The notes under the pieces: generated by a model
Seen by the model: the letters and a program-made list of their open reading frames with translations, nothing else
Told to the model about the DNA's origin: nothing
Databases searched by the model: none
Program-made: the position numbers and the translations under genes
Origin: Candidatus Pacearchaeota archaeon
Lineage (GTDB): Archaea > Nanobdellota > Nanobdellia > Pacearchaeales > GW2011-AR1
NCBI GenBank assembly: GCA_023133415.1
Contig: JAGLWM010000002.1
Location: 24,081-88,080 of the forward strand
Length of the DNA stretch: 64,000 nucleotides
Reading direction: 5' to 3'
Shown here: piece by piece, positions 19,539 to 29,663 of the stretch
Position numbering within the stretch: the stretch's first letter is position 1
Layout: each line of letters starts with the position of its first letter

Positions 19539-20036
19539 TTGTTTGTAGAAACCATGGTTACGACTATTACTGATGTTTTGAATATCTGGAATGAGATAGG
19601 TGTGTTTTCTTATGTGATTCCGTTTCTGTTGATTTTTGCGGTTGTGTTTGCGATTTTGAAGAAGACGGGAATTTTGGGAGATGAGAATGACGGGATTTTG
19701 GCTATTATTGCGGTTGCGTTGGGATTGTTGTCGTTGCAATTTGATTTTGTGTCGGAGTTTTTTGCGGTAATTTTTCCGAGGTTTGGGATTGGGTTGAGTA
19801 TATTTTTGGTATTGATTATTTTGGCTGGGTTTTTCTTTCCTAAGGCTACAGGTGAAAAGGTTCCTGGTGGTTGGATTGGGATGGCTGTTGGGATTGGGGT
19901 TGTGCTCTGGGCGTTGAGTTCGTGGGATAGGTGGACTAGTTCTATTGGTTTTGGGGGATGGTTTACTGAGAATTTTTGGGCATTAATTGTATTGGGGATT
20001 ATTATTGCTGTTATCGTGATTGTGACTAAGAAGTGA
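19539..20036 (+). CDS. Paralogous small membrane protein 2 of 3
   Basis: Tandem paralogue. Confidence 0.55.
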   Translation: MFVETMVTTITDVLNIWNEIGVFSYVIPFLLIFAVVFAILKKTGILGDENDGILAIIAVALGLLSLQFDFVSEFFAVIFPRFGIGLSIFLVLIILAGFFFPKATGEKVPGGWIGMAVGIGVVLWALSSWDRWTSSIGFGGWFTENFWALIVLGIIIAVIVIVTKK

Positions 20037-20094
20037 TGGAGTAAAATCTTTTGGGGTTGCAAATATTTATAAATATCTTTTTGGTTAATGTAAT

Positions 20095-20571
20095 ATGGTA
20101 GAAGCTTCGGTTTCAGCGATTGGGTATTTTATGCCTATTTTTGCATTTATGTTAGTGTTTATTGTAATTTATACTTTATTAAAGAGTACGAAGATTTTGG
20201 GTGAGAGTGAGGCTGTTATGCTTTTTATTTCGTTTATATTGTCGTCCTTTTTTATTGTAGAGGCGAGTTTGGTTGAGTTTGTGCAAGTTGGTGGTGCTTG
20301 GATGGCGGTTTTTGTCTTTGTTGTGTTTTTTTTGTTAGTGATTGTCGCGTTTATTCCTGGGATTGATTTGGCTAAGTTTTTTGGTGCAAAGAATTGGTTT
20401 GCTTGGGTTTTGTTGGGTTTGATGGTTGGGTTTTTTATCATTAGTTCGGCTTATATTTTTAATTGGGTTGTGAGCTGGGGGATGGTTAGGAGTTGGTTTG
20501 ATACGGAATGGTTTGGGATGATTTTACTGTTGGTTATAGCTGGGGTTGTTTCTTGGAAGATTAAAGCTTGA
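20095..20571 (+). CDS. Paralogous small membrane protein 3 of 3
   Basis: Tandem paralogue. Confidence 0.55.
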   Translation: MVEASVSAIGYFMPIFAFMLVFIVIYTLLKSTKILGESEAVMLFISFILSSFFIVEASLVEFVQVGGAWMAVFVFVVFFLLVIVAFIPGIDLAKFFGAKNWFAWVLLGLMVGFFIISSAYIFNWVVSWGMVRSWFDTEWFGMILLLVIAGVVSWKIKA

Positions 20572-20779
20572 TTTTTAGCGAAAATTTTGTCGTGATAATT
20601 TTTTTATGTGCGCATGCACACTGCAAAAATTCTAACTTAAAAATTTCCTGCTAAAAATCAAGCTTGTTTGAGATGTTATTTGCGAATGTCGCGCTTCATA
20701 AAGTGCTGAAAAATGTTGTTAACTTGTTCGCGCGGGAAAAGTAAAATTTATAAATAACATTAACAATAGTTTATTTATT

Positions 20780-21283
20780 ATGGTGAGTTTAAAAATAGAG
20801 GTGAAGAAGAAGGATGTTACTTGGGCAGTTTTTTTGGTTGTTATGTTGGCTGTCGGTGTTGTTTATGCTTATGGGACTTCTAATCCGTCGGTGATGGGGC
20901 ATAGTTGGAGAGAGATTAATTTTGATGATGATTTTTGTAAGTATGTGACTGGCAGCAATTGTGTCGGGGGAGGAGCTTGCGTAGATACTTCATGGTCTCC
21001 TAATAGTAATACAATTTGTAGTGGTGATAGTTTTACTCAGACAAGTAATTGTGGCAACACTCGGACTACTGTCGGGACGATGAGCTGTGCGCCTTCATGT
21101 GTTCCTGATGGTCAATTAGCTGAAGTAGGTCCTGCTCCATATCAAAATTGTCAAGGTGGAACATATCCAAGAACTAGTATTCAGTATAATACAGAGGCAT
21201 GGACGAATTGTTGCAGTGGAACAATTTCAAGGTTATGTGCTGTACCTGGATATAGTACCCAGAATACTATTATGTGTGCATAG
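20780..21283 (+). CDS. Secreted cysteine-rich protein
   Basis: N-terminal signal anchor. About 16 Cys in the mature part. Confidence 0.5.
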   Translation: MVSLKIEVKKKDVTWAVFLVVMLAVGVVYAYGTSNPSVMGHSWREINFDDDFCKYVTGSNCVGGGACVDTSWSPNSNTICSGDSFTQTSNCGNTRTTVGTMSCAPSCVPDGQLAEVGPAPYQNCQGGTYPRTSIQYNTEAWTNCCSGTISRLCAVPGYSTQNTIMCA

Positions 21284-21671
21284 CTATTGGTATATAATCT
21301 TTAAAGAAAAGCACAAGATATGAAATGCCTTGTGTCGTATTGTTTTTATTTTGCCGAATATTCCGTGTCTTGCCGTGGAGATGAAATTTGAGAAAACTCC
21401 TATATTTTCTTGTTGATTTTCTTTAGAATTTTCAAGATAATTTTAGAATAATTTCATTTAATTGCGTCAGCATCTCTTTTCTAAATCTTGATTTCCAGAA
21501 TATTCTATCTATTGTTATTATTTCAGATAGGTGTGTATTTTACATAAGTTTTTTCTTAGTTCAAAATTTGAAGTTCTATTATGGCAGGCAATAGATTTTT
21601 ATTATATAATATACTTTTTTTCATAAGATAATTTGACATGTTAGTTTGTTAATATATAGTTTAAATTAAAA

Positions 21672-22355
21672 TTATTTTTTACTTATCTTTTTCATTTCGT
21701 TAATATTATCGATTAGAGGGTTCATTAGTTTCGCGACGGTTCCGTGGAGATTGTCTAGATCTTTGTGTATCATTGCGGAAGATTCTCCGAATTCCCCTAT
21801 TTTTCCTAGAACTGCTTGTTGGAGTTGCTGAATTGAATTTTCTATTCTTTTTAGTCGGTCATCGATGTCATCAACTTTATTTTGTATTTGATTTTTGAAT
21901 GAGACAATGTCTCCGATTTTTGATTTGTAGTTTTCTAGTTTTTCGGTTGCTATTTGTTCGGCTATTTCAGATATTGTTCCGGCGTCAAAAGATCCCTGTG
22001 GTGCATAGTAGTCTTGTTCGGGATAGGCTTGCGGTGTTTCTTGATAGTATGCTTCTTGAGGTGGCAAGGGTTGAGGTGGCGAGATTTCTGGAGCTTGAGG
22101 CTGTGGCGTTGGGGGTATTTCTTGGGCTGGAGCTTGAGGCTGTGGAGATGGCTGTGGCATTGGTATTATTGAAGGTTGCATCCCTTCGGGAGTTGTTTGA
22201 GTTTCCGGGGGAGCCACAGCATTTTTGATCTTGGCCTGATTTAGGGAATCGTTTATTTCTGAAGGAGAGATTCCTTCATTTTGAAGCTGTGCCATTATTT
22301 CGGTATCAGATTTATTTTGTTGTTGCATTTCTATTACTCGATCAAGTGTTGCCAT
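21672..22355 (-). CDS. P/Q-rich protein with C-terminal coiled coil
   Basis: Start set at Met of MATLDRV. The upstream 17 codons of the track ORF are a translated module-A/B repeat. Confidence 0.5.
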   Translation of the reverse strand: MATLDRVIEMQQQNKSDTEIMAQLQNEGISPSEINDSLNQAKIKNAVAPPETQTTPEGMQPSIIPMPQPSPQPQAPAQEIPPTPQPQAPEISPPQPLPPQEAYYQETPQAYPEQDYYAPQGSFDAGTISEIAEQIATEKLENYKSKIGDIVSFKNQIQNKVDDIDDRLKRIENSIQQLQQAVLGKIGEFGESSAMIHKDLDNLHGTVAKLMNPLIDNINEMKKISKK

Positions 22356-22476
22356 GATTTCTTTCTCTTTAGAAAAGAGAAATTTCTCTCGCGCCGTTCG
22401 GCACACCCCAAATTGCGGAATGCTGGGGCGAGTAGAGAAACTTTCTTTCCAAAACTTCGTTTTGATTTAATTCCAT
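22356..22476. repeat. Composite module-A repeat with embedded module-B core
   Basis: A-left + B-core + A-right arrangement. Confidence 0.8.
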
Positions 22477-22477
22477 C

Positions 22478-22858
22478 TTATTCTTTAGGTTTTGTAGTTT
22501 TTATTTCTTTGTTAATTAATTTTTCGACATCTTTTTTCCGCATAAATTCTAATGGTTGAAAGTCTTTTAGCATTCTTTCAATGACAGCCATTTCTTCTCG
22601 TTTTACGAATTTGTTGAATTCGGTTAGCAGGGAGTTTGTGGTTTTTTTGATTTTTTCTAGGTCTTGTTTTATTTCTTGGTTGTTTTGTTTTAGTTCTTTT
22701 AGTTCATTGTCTGTGTCTTGTCTTGAGGATATTAGGTTTTTTCCTAAGAGGAGGACTCTTTCTCGAATTAGTTTGTTTCGTTCGTCTAGGTCTCGGAGTC
22801 TAGTATTAAAGTCGGAGAGGAGGAATTTTATTTGGCTGTCTTGTGGTAGGTCGACCAT
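22478..22858 (-). CDS. Coiled-coil hypothetical protein
   Basis: 126 aa, heptad-rich. Confidence 0.4.
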   Translation of the reverse strand: MVDLPQDSQIKFLLSDFNTRLRDLDERNKLIRERVLLLGKNLISSRQDTDNELKELKQNNQEIKQDLEKIKKTTNSLLTEFNKFVKREEMAVIERMLKDFQPLEFMRKKDVEKLINKEIKTTKPKE

Positions 22859-22928
22859 ATTGGTGATTAGTTTGAGAAGTTTATAATTGTTTAGTATAGA
22901 TATATTTTAATATTGTTTTACTTTTGTT

Positions 22929-25199
22929 TTGCTTATGATGTTTAAGGACGATGCACCGCTTTATTCTTATGAGGTTGTGCGTGAAAGTGGCGAGAATGTG
23001 ATGTATGTGAATTATTTAGGGGCGATGATTGTTCCTTCGCTGATGGATTCGGCGGAGGTTTTTGGGAGAACGATTGATGATTTGAGGGAGGAGTCGAATA
23101 TTGCACGGATTGTTTTTGTGCAGCAGAGGAATTATTCTTATGATTTTGTACAGGTTAGGATGTTGATTGGGGTCGCAAATTTGTTTAATTTTTTGACTAA
23201 ACAGGAAAAGATTGTTTCGCCGGAGAAGTTGTCGCATTTGGGGGAGAATTATCATGATGCTTATATTTTTTTGAATCGTATTGTGAATGAGTTATTGTCT
23301 ATGGATCCGATTTTGGCCTATCGTGAATTGAGAGATAATCTTTTTAGTCAGCGAGCTAAGCTGGGAGTCGATAATGATGAATATGTTCGGGTTCTAGAAA
23401 GAGTTGTTGATTTTTTTGATGAGTTGGAATTGATTAAGAAGTTGAAGGGTTTTTTTGATTCGTATTCTGTTGGAGATCGGGCGATTTATGGTGAAGTTTT
23501 TCGGGCAGATATTATGCCGAATTTTACTTTTACGCGGATGATTGCGAAGTTGCCAGCTGATGCTGAGATTGTGAAGCAGTATAGGATAGCGGAGGGGAGT
23601 GATGAGAGTTTGGTTAGTATTTTTCGTCGGCCAAATAAGGCGAAGTTGATTTATCATTTGTCGCCGCCGGAATATTTGTTGGATGAGGATCATCATATGT
23701 TGCTTAATTTGGCTCGTAATGTTTTGATTGAACATAGGCCGACTTCGGAGGAGTTTGGTGATCCAGAAAGGATGAGGCAGATTTTTTTTAATGTTGCTCG
23801 GGATCTTTTGAGTGATTTGGCTTTGAGCAAAAATATTGTTTTGAGTTATCAGGATTTGAAGAAGTTGGCGAATATTTTGGTTAGGCATACGATTGGGTTT
23901 GGGATTTTGGAGGTGTTGCTGCGGGATGAGGAGCTGCAGGACATTATGGTTAATGCGCCGGTTAGTTTGTCTAATATCTTTGTGAGGCATAATGAGTTTG
24001 GGGAGTGTATTTCTAATTTGGTTCCTTCTAAGGAGGATGCGGATTCTTGGGCTGCTAAGTTTAGGATGACATCGGGTCGGGCTTTGGACGAGGCGAATCC
24101 GATTTTGGATACGAATTTGGATTTGGCAGATATTAGTGCGAGGGTTGCGATTATTCAGCAGCCGCTTTCGGCAGGGGGTCTGGCTTATACTTTGAGAAGA
24201 CATCGAACTTCTCCTTGGACATTGCCTTTGTTTGTGAAAAATAAAATGATTGATTCTTTGGGCGCGGGGCTTCTTAGTTTTATGATTGATGGGGCTCGGA
24301 CGATGTTGGTTGCGGGAACTAGGAGTTCAGGAAAGACGTCGCTTCTTGGTAGTTTGCTTTTGGAGATTATGCCAAATAAGAGGATTATTACGGTTGAGGA
24401 TACTCTTGAGTTGCCCGTTTCGAGTATGAGGAAGTTGGATTATGATATTTTGTCGATGAAGGTTAGGTCGGCTTTGATGGGTGAGTCGACGGAGGTTTCT
24501 GCTGAGGAGGGGATTAGAGCTAGTTTGCGTTTAGGGGATTCGTCGTTGATTGTTGGGGAAATTCGTTCGGAGGAGGCGAGGGCATTGTATGAGGCTATGA
24601 GGGTTGGGGCTTTGGCGAATGTTGTTGCAGGCACTATTCATGGCGGGACTCCTTATTCTGTTTTTGATAGGGTTTGTAATGATTTGGGTGTTCCGATTAC
24701 GAGTTTTAAGGCAACGGATTTGGTTGTGGTTGCTAATCCGATTAAGTCGGCTGATGGGTTACACTCTTGGAGACGGGTTTTGCAGATTACGGAGGTTCGG
24801 AAGCATTGGACGAAGGATCCGGAGGTTGAAGGAGGTTTTGTTGATTTGATGAAGTATGATGTGAAGGAGGATAAGATGAAGCCGACGGATGATTTGATGA
24901 ATGGAGATTCGGAGATTATGAAGGATATTGCGTCGAATGTTAAGGGTTGGGCTGGTGATTGGGATGCGGTTTGGGATAATGTTGTTTTGAGGTCGAAGAT
25001 TAAACAGGAGAGTGTTGATTTTGCGGAGAGGATGAAGATGCCGGAGATTTTGGAGAGTGAGTTTGTGGTGAAGTCAAATAATGCGTTTCATCAAATTTCG
25101 GATGAGATTGTTCAAGATGTTGGATTGCCGGTGGGTGATCAGGTTTTTCCGAAGTGGAAGAGATGGCTGGAAAGAGAGTCTAAAAAATTAAATCTTTGA
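22929..25199 (+). CDS. FlaI/VirB11/GspE-family secretion ATPase with long N-terminal extension
   Basis: Walker A GTRSSGKTSLLGSLL, Walker B region TVEDTLEL. 756 aa. Confidence 0.75.
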   Translation: MLMMFKDDAPLYSYEVVRESGENVMYVNYLGAMIVPSLMDSAEVFGRTIDDLREESNIARIVFVQQRNYSYDFVQVRMLIGVANLFNFLTKQEKIVSPEKLSHLGENYHDAYIFLNRIVNELLSMDPILAYRELRDNLFSQRAKLGVDNDEYVRVLERVVDFFDELELIKKLKGFFDSYSVGDRAIYGEVFRADIMPNFTFTRMIAKLPADAEIVKQYRIAEGSDESLVSIFRRPNKAKLIYHLSPPEYLLDEDHHMLLNLARNVLIEHRPTSEEFGDPERMRQIFFNVARDLLSDLALSKNIVLSYQDLKKLANILVRHTIGFGILEVLLRDEELQDIMVNAPVSLSNIFVRHNEFGECISNLVPSKEDADSWAAKFRMTSGRALDEANPILDTNLDLADISARVAIIQQPLSAGGLAYTLRRHRTSPWTLPLFVKNKMIDSLGAGLLSFMIDGARTMLVAGTRSSGKTSLLGSLLLEIMPNKRIITVEDTLELPVSSMRKLDYDILSMKVRSALMGESTEVSAEEGIRASLRLGDSSLIVGEIRSEEARALYEAMRVGALANVVAGTIHGGTPYSVFDRVCNDLGVPITSFKATDLVVVANPIKSADGLHSWRRVLQITEVRKHWTKDPEVEGGFVDLMKYDVKEDKMKPTDDLMNGDSEIMKDIASNVKGWAGDWDAVWDNVVLRSKIKQESVDFAERMKMPEILESEFVVKSNNAFHQISDEIVQDVGLPVGDQVFPKWKRWLERESKKLNL

Positions 25200-25414
25200 T
25201 TTGATTTTTTTGGAGAGGTTTTCTGTACGGATAAATTCAGCTTTGCTGGAAAGGTTCACCTCATGGAGAAGTTCATGCTTCGCATGGAGGCTTGGTTGGT
25301 TGAAAAGATTTTTGAATGAAAGAGTTTTTGCGTTTTTATGAGAAAATTGTTTTGGGTTGTAATTGGTGCTGAGCAGGAAGGCTTTGTGTATAAAGTAGCC
25401 TCTGTGTATAAAGT

Positions 25415-25858
25415 CTAGAACTGTAAATTAGCTCCCATATGCTTTGTAACTTCCAAAACTATCTTATCAAAGGTTTTTCCTAAATTAAATTCACCAATAA
25501 ATCTATCAACATCTCCATTTATATGTTCTTTGAATAACCTTGTTGGGGCATCAACTCTTAGTATATCTTTAACAAGTTTTTTTGCCTTATCATTAATCAT
25601 TTCAGCATCAATAGGCAATCTATTTATCTGATTATATGTTCCATGGGGACTAGTAATGGGTATAGCAGTGAAATACTTTTCTCTTTTTATTTTTTCTTTG
25701 TCTGAGAGAACTAGAAATGGATGTCTACTTTTTGTACCCGTATTTAATCCATCAATATTTTTATATTTTCCATCTGTTTGAATATTAACCTTCCTCCCCT
25801 CTAGACAACAATTAAACATTAATACCATTCCCCGTTCTATATTTGGAAAAAGTGGCAT
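25415..25858 (-). CDS. PemK/MazF-like toxin-fold protein
   Basis: RHPFLVLSD...AIPITS resembles the MazF/Kid core. Confidence 0.4.
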   Translation of the reverse strand: MPLFPNIERGMVLMFNCCLEGRKVNIQTDGKYKNIDGLNTGTKSRHPFLVLSDKEKIKREKYFTAIPITSPHGTYNQINRLPIDAEMINDKAKKLVKDILRVDAPTRLFKEHINGDVDRFIGEFNLGKTFDKIVLEVTKHMGANLQF

Positions 25859-25859
25859 A

Positions 25860-26090
25860 TTAAAATATTAAGAATTTTAATTCATTCGGAGATTCTTCTA
25901 TTACATTCCTTGTAACCTTACAGATAGAGGCACCAGAAATAAAAGAATCCATAATCATTGTAGTAAGTGCAAAGGAAGGATATTCTCCAGTCTCTTTATC
26001 TAAAAACTCTTTCATCTTATCGAATAATTCTTTTTCATTTATTTGTTCTTTTTTTTCTATTAACAAAACTTCTTCAAGATACTCACACAT
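25860..26090 (-). CDS. Small hypothetical protein (possible toxin partner)
   Basis: 76 aa. Overlaps the upstream Panacea gene by 8 nt. Confidence 0.3.
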   Translation of the reverse strand: MCEYLEEVLLIEKKEQINEKELFDKMKEFLDKETGEYPSFALTTMIMDSFISGASICKVTRNVIEESPNELKFLIF

Positions 26091-26541
26091 CTAAATACTC
26101 TCCACTTTTTAATTCTTCTAATATCTCTTTTATTTGAGTCTCTTTATCTGAAAAATCTGTATGCTTTTCTTTGATTATTCTTATTATTTCATCTTCGGAA
26201 CAATTTAACTTTTTAAGGTAGTGAATTGAAGCCACAACTTCCAACCAAAAATTTTCTTTCCCATTGATAAAATTTAAAAAATTATTAAATTTATTCTCCA
26301 TAGATTCATCTTCAAATTTTATCTTATCCAAAGATTCAAAATCTACATTAAAACCATCTTTTGTAAGCTGGATTGAATATGGTCCATAATGATACCAATT
26401 AAATTCATATCCGATATTTAAATCAAACATACTCTGAAGTATATATGTGAACTTTTGTAATTTTAATCTGTTTTCAAAAGAAAACATATCAAAAGAATCA
26501 TATTTCCTATTTATTAATCCCGCTATAATATTTGGATTCAT
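26083..26541 (-). CDS. Panacea (DUF4065, SocA/GepA-like) domain protein
   Basis: LKLQKFTYILQ...WYHYGPY matches the Panacea antitoxin domain signature. Confidence 0.55.
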   Translation of the reverse strand: MNPNIIAGLINRKYDSFDMFSFENRLKLQKFTYILQSMFDLNIGYEFNWYHYGPYSIQLTKDGFNVDFESLDKIKFEDESMENKFNNFLNFINGKENFWLEVVASIHYLKKLNCSEDEIIRIIKEKHTDFSDKETQIKEILEELKSGEYLDV

Positions 26542-26655
26542 ATTAAAATTACTTTTATCACCCTTTATAAAATATAATGTATTCTAATGTTTATAAATAT
26601 AATGTATTTTTTCAGGTACCTAAATCTTTAAGTAGTTCAGGAACCTGAATTTACT

Positions 26656-26820
26656 ATGAAGATTCGTAAAGTCTTAGACAAAAAAGTTGGTGAAACGGAA
26701 TACTCAAAGTATCTTGTTACACTCCCAAAGAATATAGTTTTAGAATCAAAACTTTTAGGAGAAGACGTTGAAGTAGTTCTAAAAAACGATAAAATAATTC
26801 TTCAGAAAAAGAAAATCTAG
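26656..26820 (+). CDS. AbrB/MazE (SpoVT-AbrB swapped-hairpin) small DNA-binding protein, 54 aa
   Basis: Not in the ORF track (below 60 aa). LVTLPKNIVLESKLLGEDVEVVLKNDKIIL. Flanked by TTCAGGTACCTGAA-type palindromes. Confidence 0.5.
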   Translation: MKIRKVLDKKVGETEYSKYLVTLPKNIVLESKLLGEDVEVVLKNDKIILQKKKI

Positions 26821-26923
26821 TCTAATTTCTAATTTAAGCATTAAATAAATTCAGGTACCGAAACATTTATATATCTAGCATTTGCTATTCAGGTACCTGA
26901 TATTACTCGGGAATTAAGACAAA

Positions 26924-28165
26924 ATGGAACAAGTATTAAAAACAAAATGGAAGCAAATGAATAGAGAGGAGCGAGGCAGACTACTCTACAACACCGTTAA
27001 AATAGTTAAAACTTCTACAGGTTGGAAAGTCCCTTCTCAAACACGAGGTGGCTCTGGAGACAGATACACTGTTAGATTTAATGGACATAAGCCTAAGTGT
27101 AATTGTCCAGATTGTTATATGAGAAAGAAAAAATGTAAACATATCTATGCAGTAGAGTTTTATATTAAACAAGAAATAAACAAAGAAGGTAGATTAAAAC
27201 AAACAAAGGGAATAAGAGTAACTTACGGGCAAAAATGGAATGCCTATGACAAATCACAAACTAACGAAAAATTAGTTTTTATGAAACTCCTAAAAGATTT
27301 AACAACTTTCGTTGAGCAACCTAAATATAAATTCGGTCGTCCAACTTTACCAATGTCCGAAATGGTTTTTAATTCGGTTATGAAAATCTATTCAACTTTC
27401 TCTCTTAGAAGATTCATGTCAGATAGCAAGATTGCGAAAGAATTTGGCTTGATTAATTTTGTGCCTTGTTATTCTTCAATTGGGCATTTTTTACAAAAAA
27501 AGGGATTGACTCCTGTTTTGATTAACCTAATTAAAACTAGTGCTTCTCCATTAAAAGACGTTGAAACTGATTTTGCTTGTGATGCTTCTGGTTTTTCGAC
27601 TTCAAGATTTGCCAGGTGGTTTGATACAAAATGGGGTAAAGAAAAGAAATATAGAATTTGGTTAAAAGCACACATTTGTTCTGGAGTGAAAACGAATATT
27701 ATAACTTCTGTAGAAATTACAGAGGGTCACGCAAATGATAGTCCTCAGCTTTCTTCATTAGTTCGGCAAACTGTCGAGCGGTTTGAGGTGAGGGAAGTTA
27801 GCTGTGACCGAGCATATAGTTCTAAGCAGAACTTACAGCTCATCGCAGATGAGGGGGCAACCCCCTTCATCCCCTTTAAATCAAATGTAAAAGGAAAACG
27901 TACTGGCGGTGGTGCTTGGAAAAAGATGTATCATTATTTTATGTATAAACATGAAGAATTTCTAAAGCATTATCACAAGCGTTCAAATGTCGAGACTTGT
28001 TTTCATATGATTAAAACTAAATTTAGGGACAATCTCCGAAGTAAAACCCAGACTGCTCAAGTTAATGAATTGCTTTGTAAAATTTTAGCACATAATATTT
28101 GTGTTGTGATTCAGGAAGTTAATGAGCTTGGACTTAGTGGGGAGTTTGTTGTGGAGGAAAAATGA
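26924..28165 (+). CDS. IS4/IS5-like DDE transposase with N-terminal SWIM zinc finger
   Basis: CNCPDCYMRKKKCKH zinc finger. YHKRSNVETCFHMIK fits the Y(2)R(3)E(6)K signature. Acidic DDE residues. Confidence 0.65.
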   Translation: MEQVLKTKWKQMNREERGRLLYNTVKIVKTSTGWKVPSQTRGGSGDRYTVRFNGHKPKCNCPDCYMRKKKCKHIYAVEFYIKQEINKEGRLKQTKGIRVTYGQKWNAYDKSQTNEKLVFMKLLKDLTTFVEQPKYKFGRPTLPMSEMVFNSVMKIYSTFSLRRFMSDSKIAKEFGLINFVPCYSSIGHFLQKKGLTPVLINLIKTSASPLKDVETDFACDASGFSTSRFARWFDTKWGKEKKYRIWLKAHICSGVKTNIITSVEITEGHANDSPQLSSLVRQTVERFEVREVSCDRAYSSKQNLQLIADEGATPFIPFKSNVKGKRTGGGAWKKMYHYFMYKHEEFLKHYHKRSNVETCFHMIKTKFRDNLRSKTQTAQVNELLCKILAHNICVVIQEVNELGLSGEFVVEEK

Positions 28166-29661
28166 TTAAAATCCATATTAATTGATTTGTCCTTAATGAT
28201 CCTCTCAGTTACTTCCCTTAATAATTTTCTTAATTGAAATATTTCTATATTTAGTTGGAATATTCCAATATCTTTATTTTTTTCATATTCTTTTTCCAAG
28301 TAATTATCTAAAGATAAATCTGCACTTCGATCAATTTTATTATAATATAATTTAGAAATTTCTTTCTGTTTTTCTTTTGAAAAATTAGGAATCAAAAATT
28401 TAACTAAAATATCAGGAGTTATCGCTGGGACTGTTCCCTTACATACGTATTTTTTTATAAGTTTTTGAAAAATCTGACTTGAAAAATAACAAAGAACAAA
28501 AATTTTAGTATGTATTTCACCATCAATGAATATCCCAGATGTACTTTGATTAATATATGTTTTTCCGAGAACTTTTTCATCGTAGAAAAATATATCCCCC
28601 ACACTTCCCCTAGATCCAAATATTAAATCTCCATCTTTTAGGGTATTATTCATCTTAGTATGCACCCATAATTCTTTTTGTAATATATTTTTATGGATGT
28701 TTTTTGGACTTAACCACAAATAAGATTCTTGGGACATATTATCTTTCGGATAATAGTAATCTTTTGGGGTTTGTCCAGTTTTAATATCCTCTAATGAAAT
28801 ATGAAAATACCCGCCACTATAATTTCTAATTAAGCTATTAATTTCCTTAAACTCTTCTCCATATAATCCAGTATCCAACCTACCCTCTTTTTTAATTTGT
28901 GAGATTTTTGGATAGTTAAATTTTGAATCATTTTTAATCTGATTTTTAATCAGTTCTTGTTTAATCTCTTGTTCAATTAAATCATTTTTTATTTTAATCT
29001 GATTTTCTTTGTCAATAATATTTTGAACCATGAACGAAACATATTCTTCTATTTTTTTGGGATAGGGGTGATTTTTTTTAGTAGGATAAGGAATATTTAT
29101 ATTTAAGAATCTTTTACCACCACGCCTCATAAGTCCAGCTCTTGGAACCTCTAAGTCACAAGCCTCTTGACCATATATATCCTTTAATAATGCAAATAAA
29201 TAAAATTTATTTATTCCAGGTTTCAATTCTAACTTAAACATATGGCTACTAAAATTATGATTAAGTTTATTTTTAGCTAATGCACATGCACCAATACTTT
29301 TATTGCTTCCAGTAGAAGTATAAATAATATCAAATTTTTGAATGTTTCTAAATTTATTTATTTTGAATGATTTATTCTTTTCGGGATTAATATATTCAAA
29401 ACAATTTGGACATTCAGAGTCTAATAAAAATTGCTCTCCAGTTAGAGATGCAGTTTTTAAATATTTAGAACTTGTATCAAAATCAACAAATTCCTCCTCA
29501 CTCATATCATTACCCTTTCCCACGTCAACCAATAAATCACTAAGTAATCTCATATTGGTATTCTTTAAAATAGTTTTGAAATCGGAAGCACTTAGGGAAC
29601 TCTCTTTATTAAATATTGTAGAAATTTTTACACTTTTCTGATCACTTACATAGCTTTCCAT
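28111..29661 (-). CDS. R-M specificity subunit (HsdS/BcgI-B-like, two TRDs)
   Basis: TRD-terminal motif ITPDILVKFLIPNFSKEKQKEI, central coiled coil. Sits immediately downstream of the MTase gene. Confidence 0.6.
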   Translation of the reverse strand: MESYVSDQKSVKISTIFNKESSLSASDFKTILKNTNMRLLSDLLVDVGKGNDMSEEEFVDFDTSSKYLKTASLTGEQFLLDSECPNCFEYINPEKNKSFKINKFRNIQKFDIIYTSTGSNKSIGACALAKNKLNHNFSSHMFKLELKPGINKFYLFALLKDIYGQEACDLEVPRAGLMRRGGKRFLNINIPYPTKKNHPYPKKIEEYVSFMVQNIIDKENQIKIKNDLIEQEIKQELIKNQIKNDSKFNYPKISQIKKEGRLDTGLYGEEFKEINSLIRNYSGGYFHISLEDIKTGQTPKDYYYPKDNMSQESYLWLSPKNIHKNILQKELWVHTKMNNTLKDGDLIFGSRGSVGDIFFYDEKVLGKTYINQSTSGIFIDGEIHTKIFVLCYFSSQIFQKLIKKYVCKGTVPAITPDILVKFLIPNFSKEKQKEISKLYYNKIDRSADLSLDNYLEKEYEKNKDIGIFQLNIEIFQLRKLLREVTERIIKDKSINMDFNHFSSTTNSPLSPSSLTS

Positions 29662-29663
29662 TT

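Noticed and set aside
23394-24203. Long antisense ORFs inside the ATPase gene (similar ones at 11191-12003, 34657-34968 and 35188-35631)
   Set aside because: Low-complexity N/P/R-rich products, typical of antisense frames of G+T-rich coding strands. The sense genes have clear homology.
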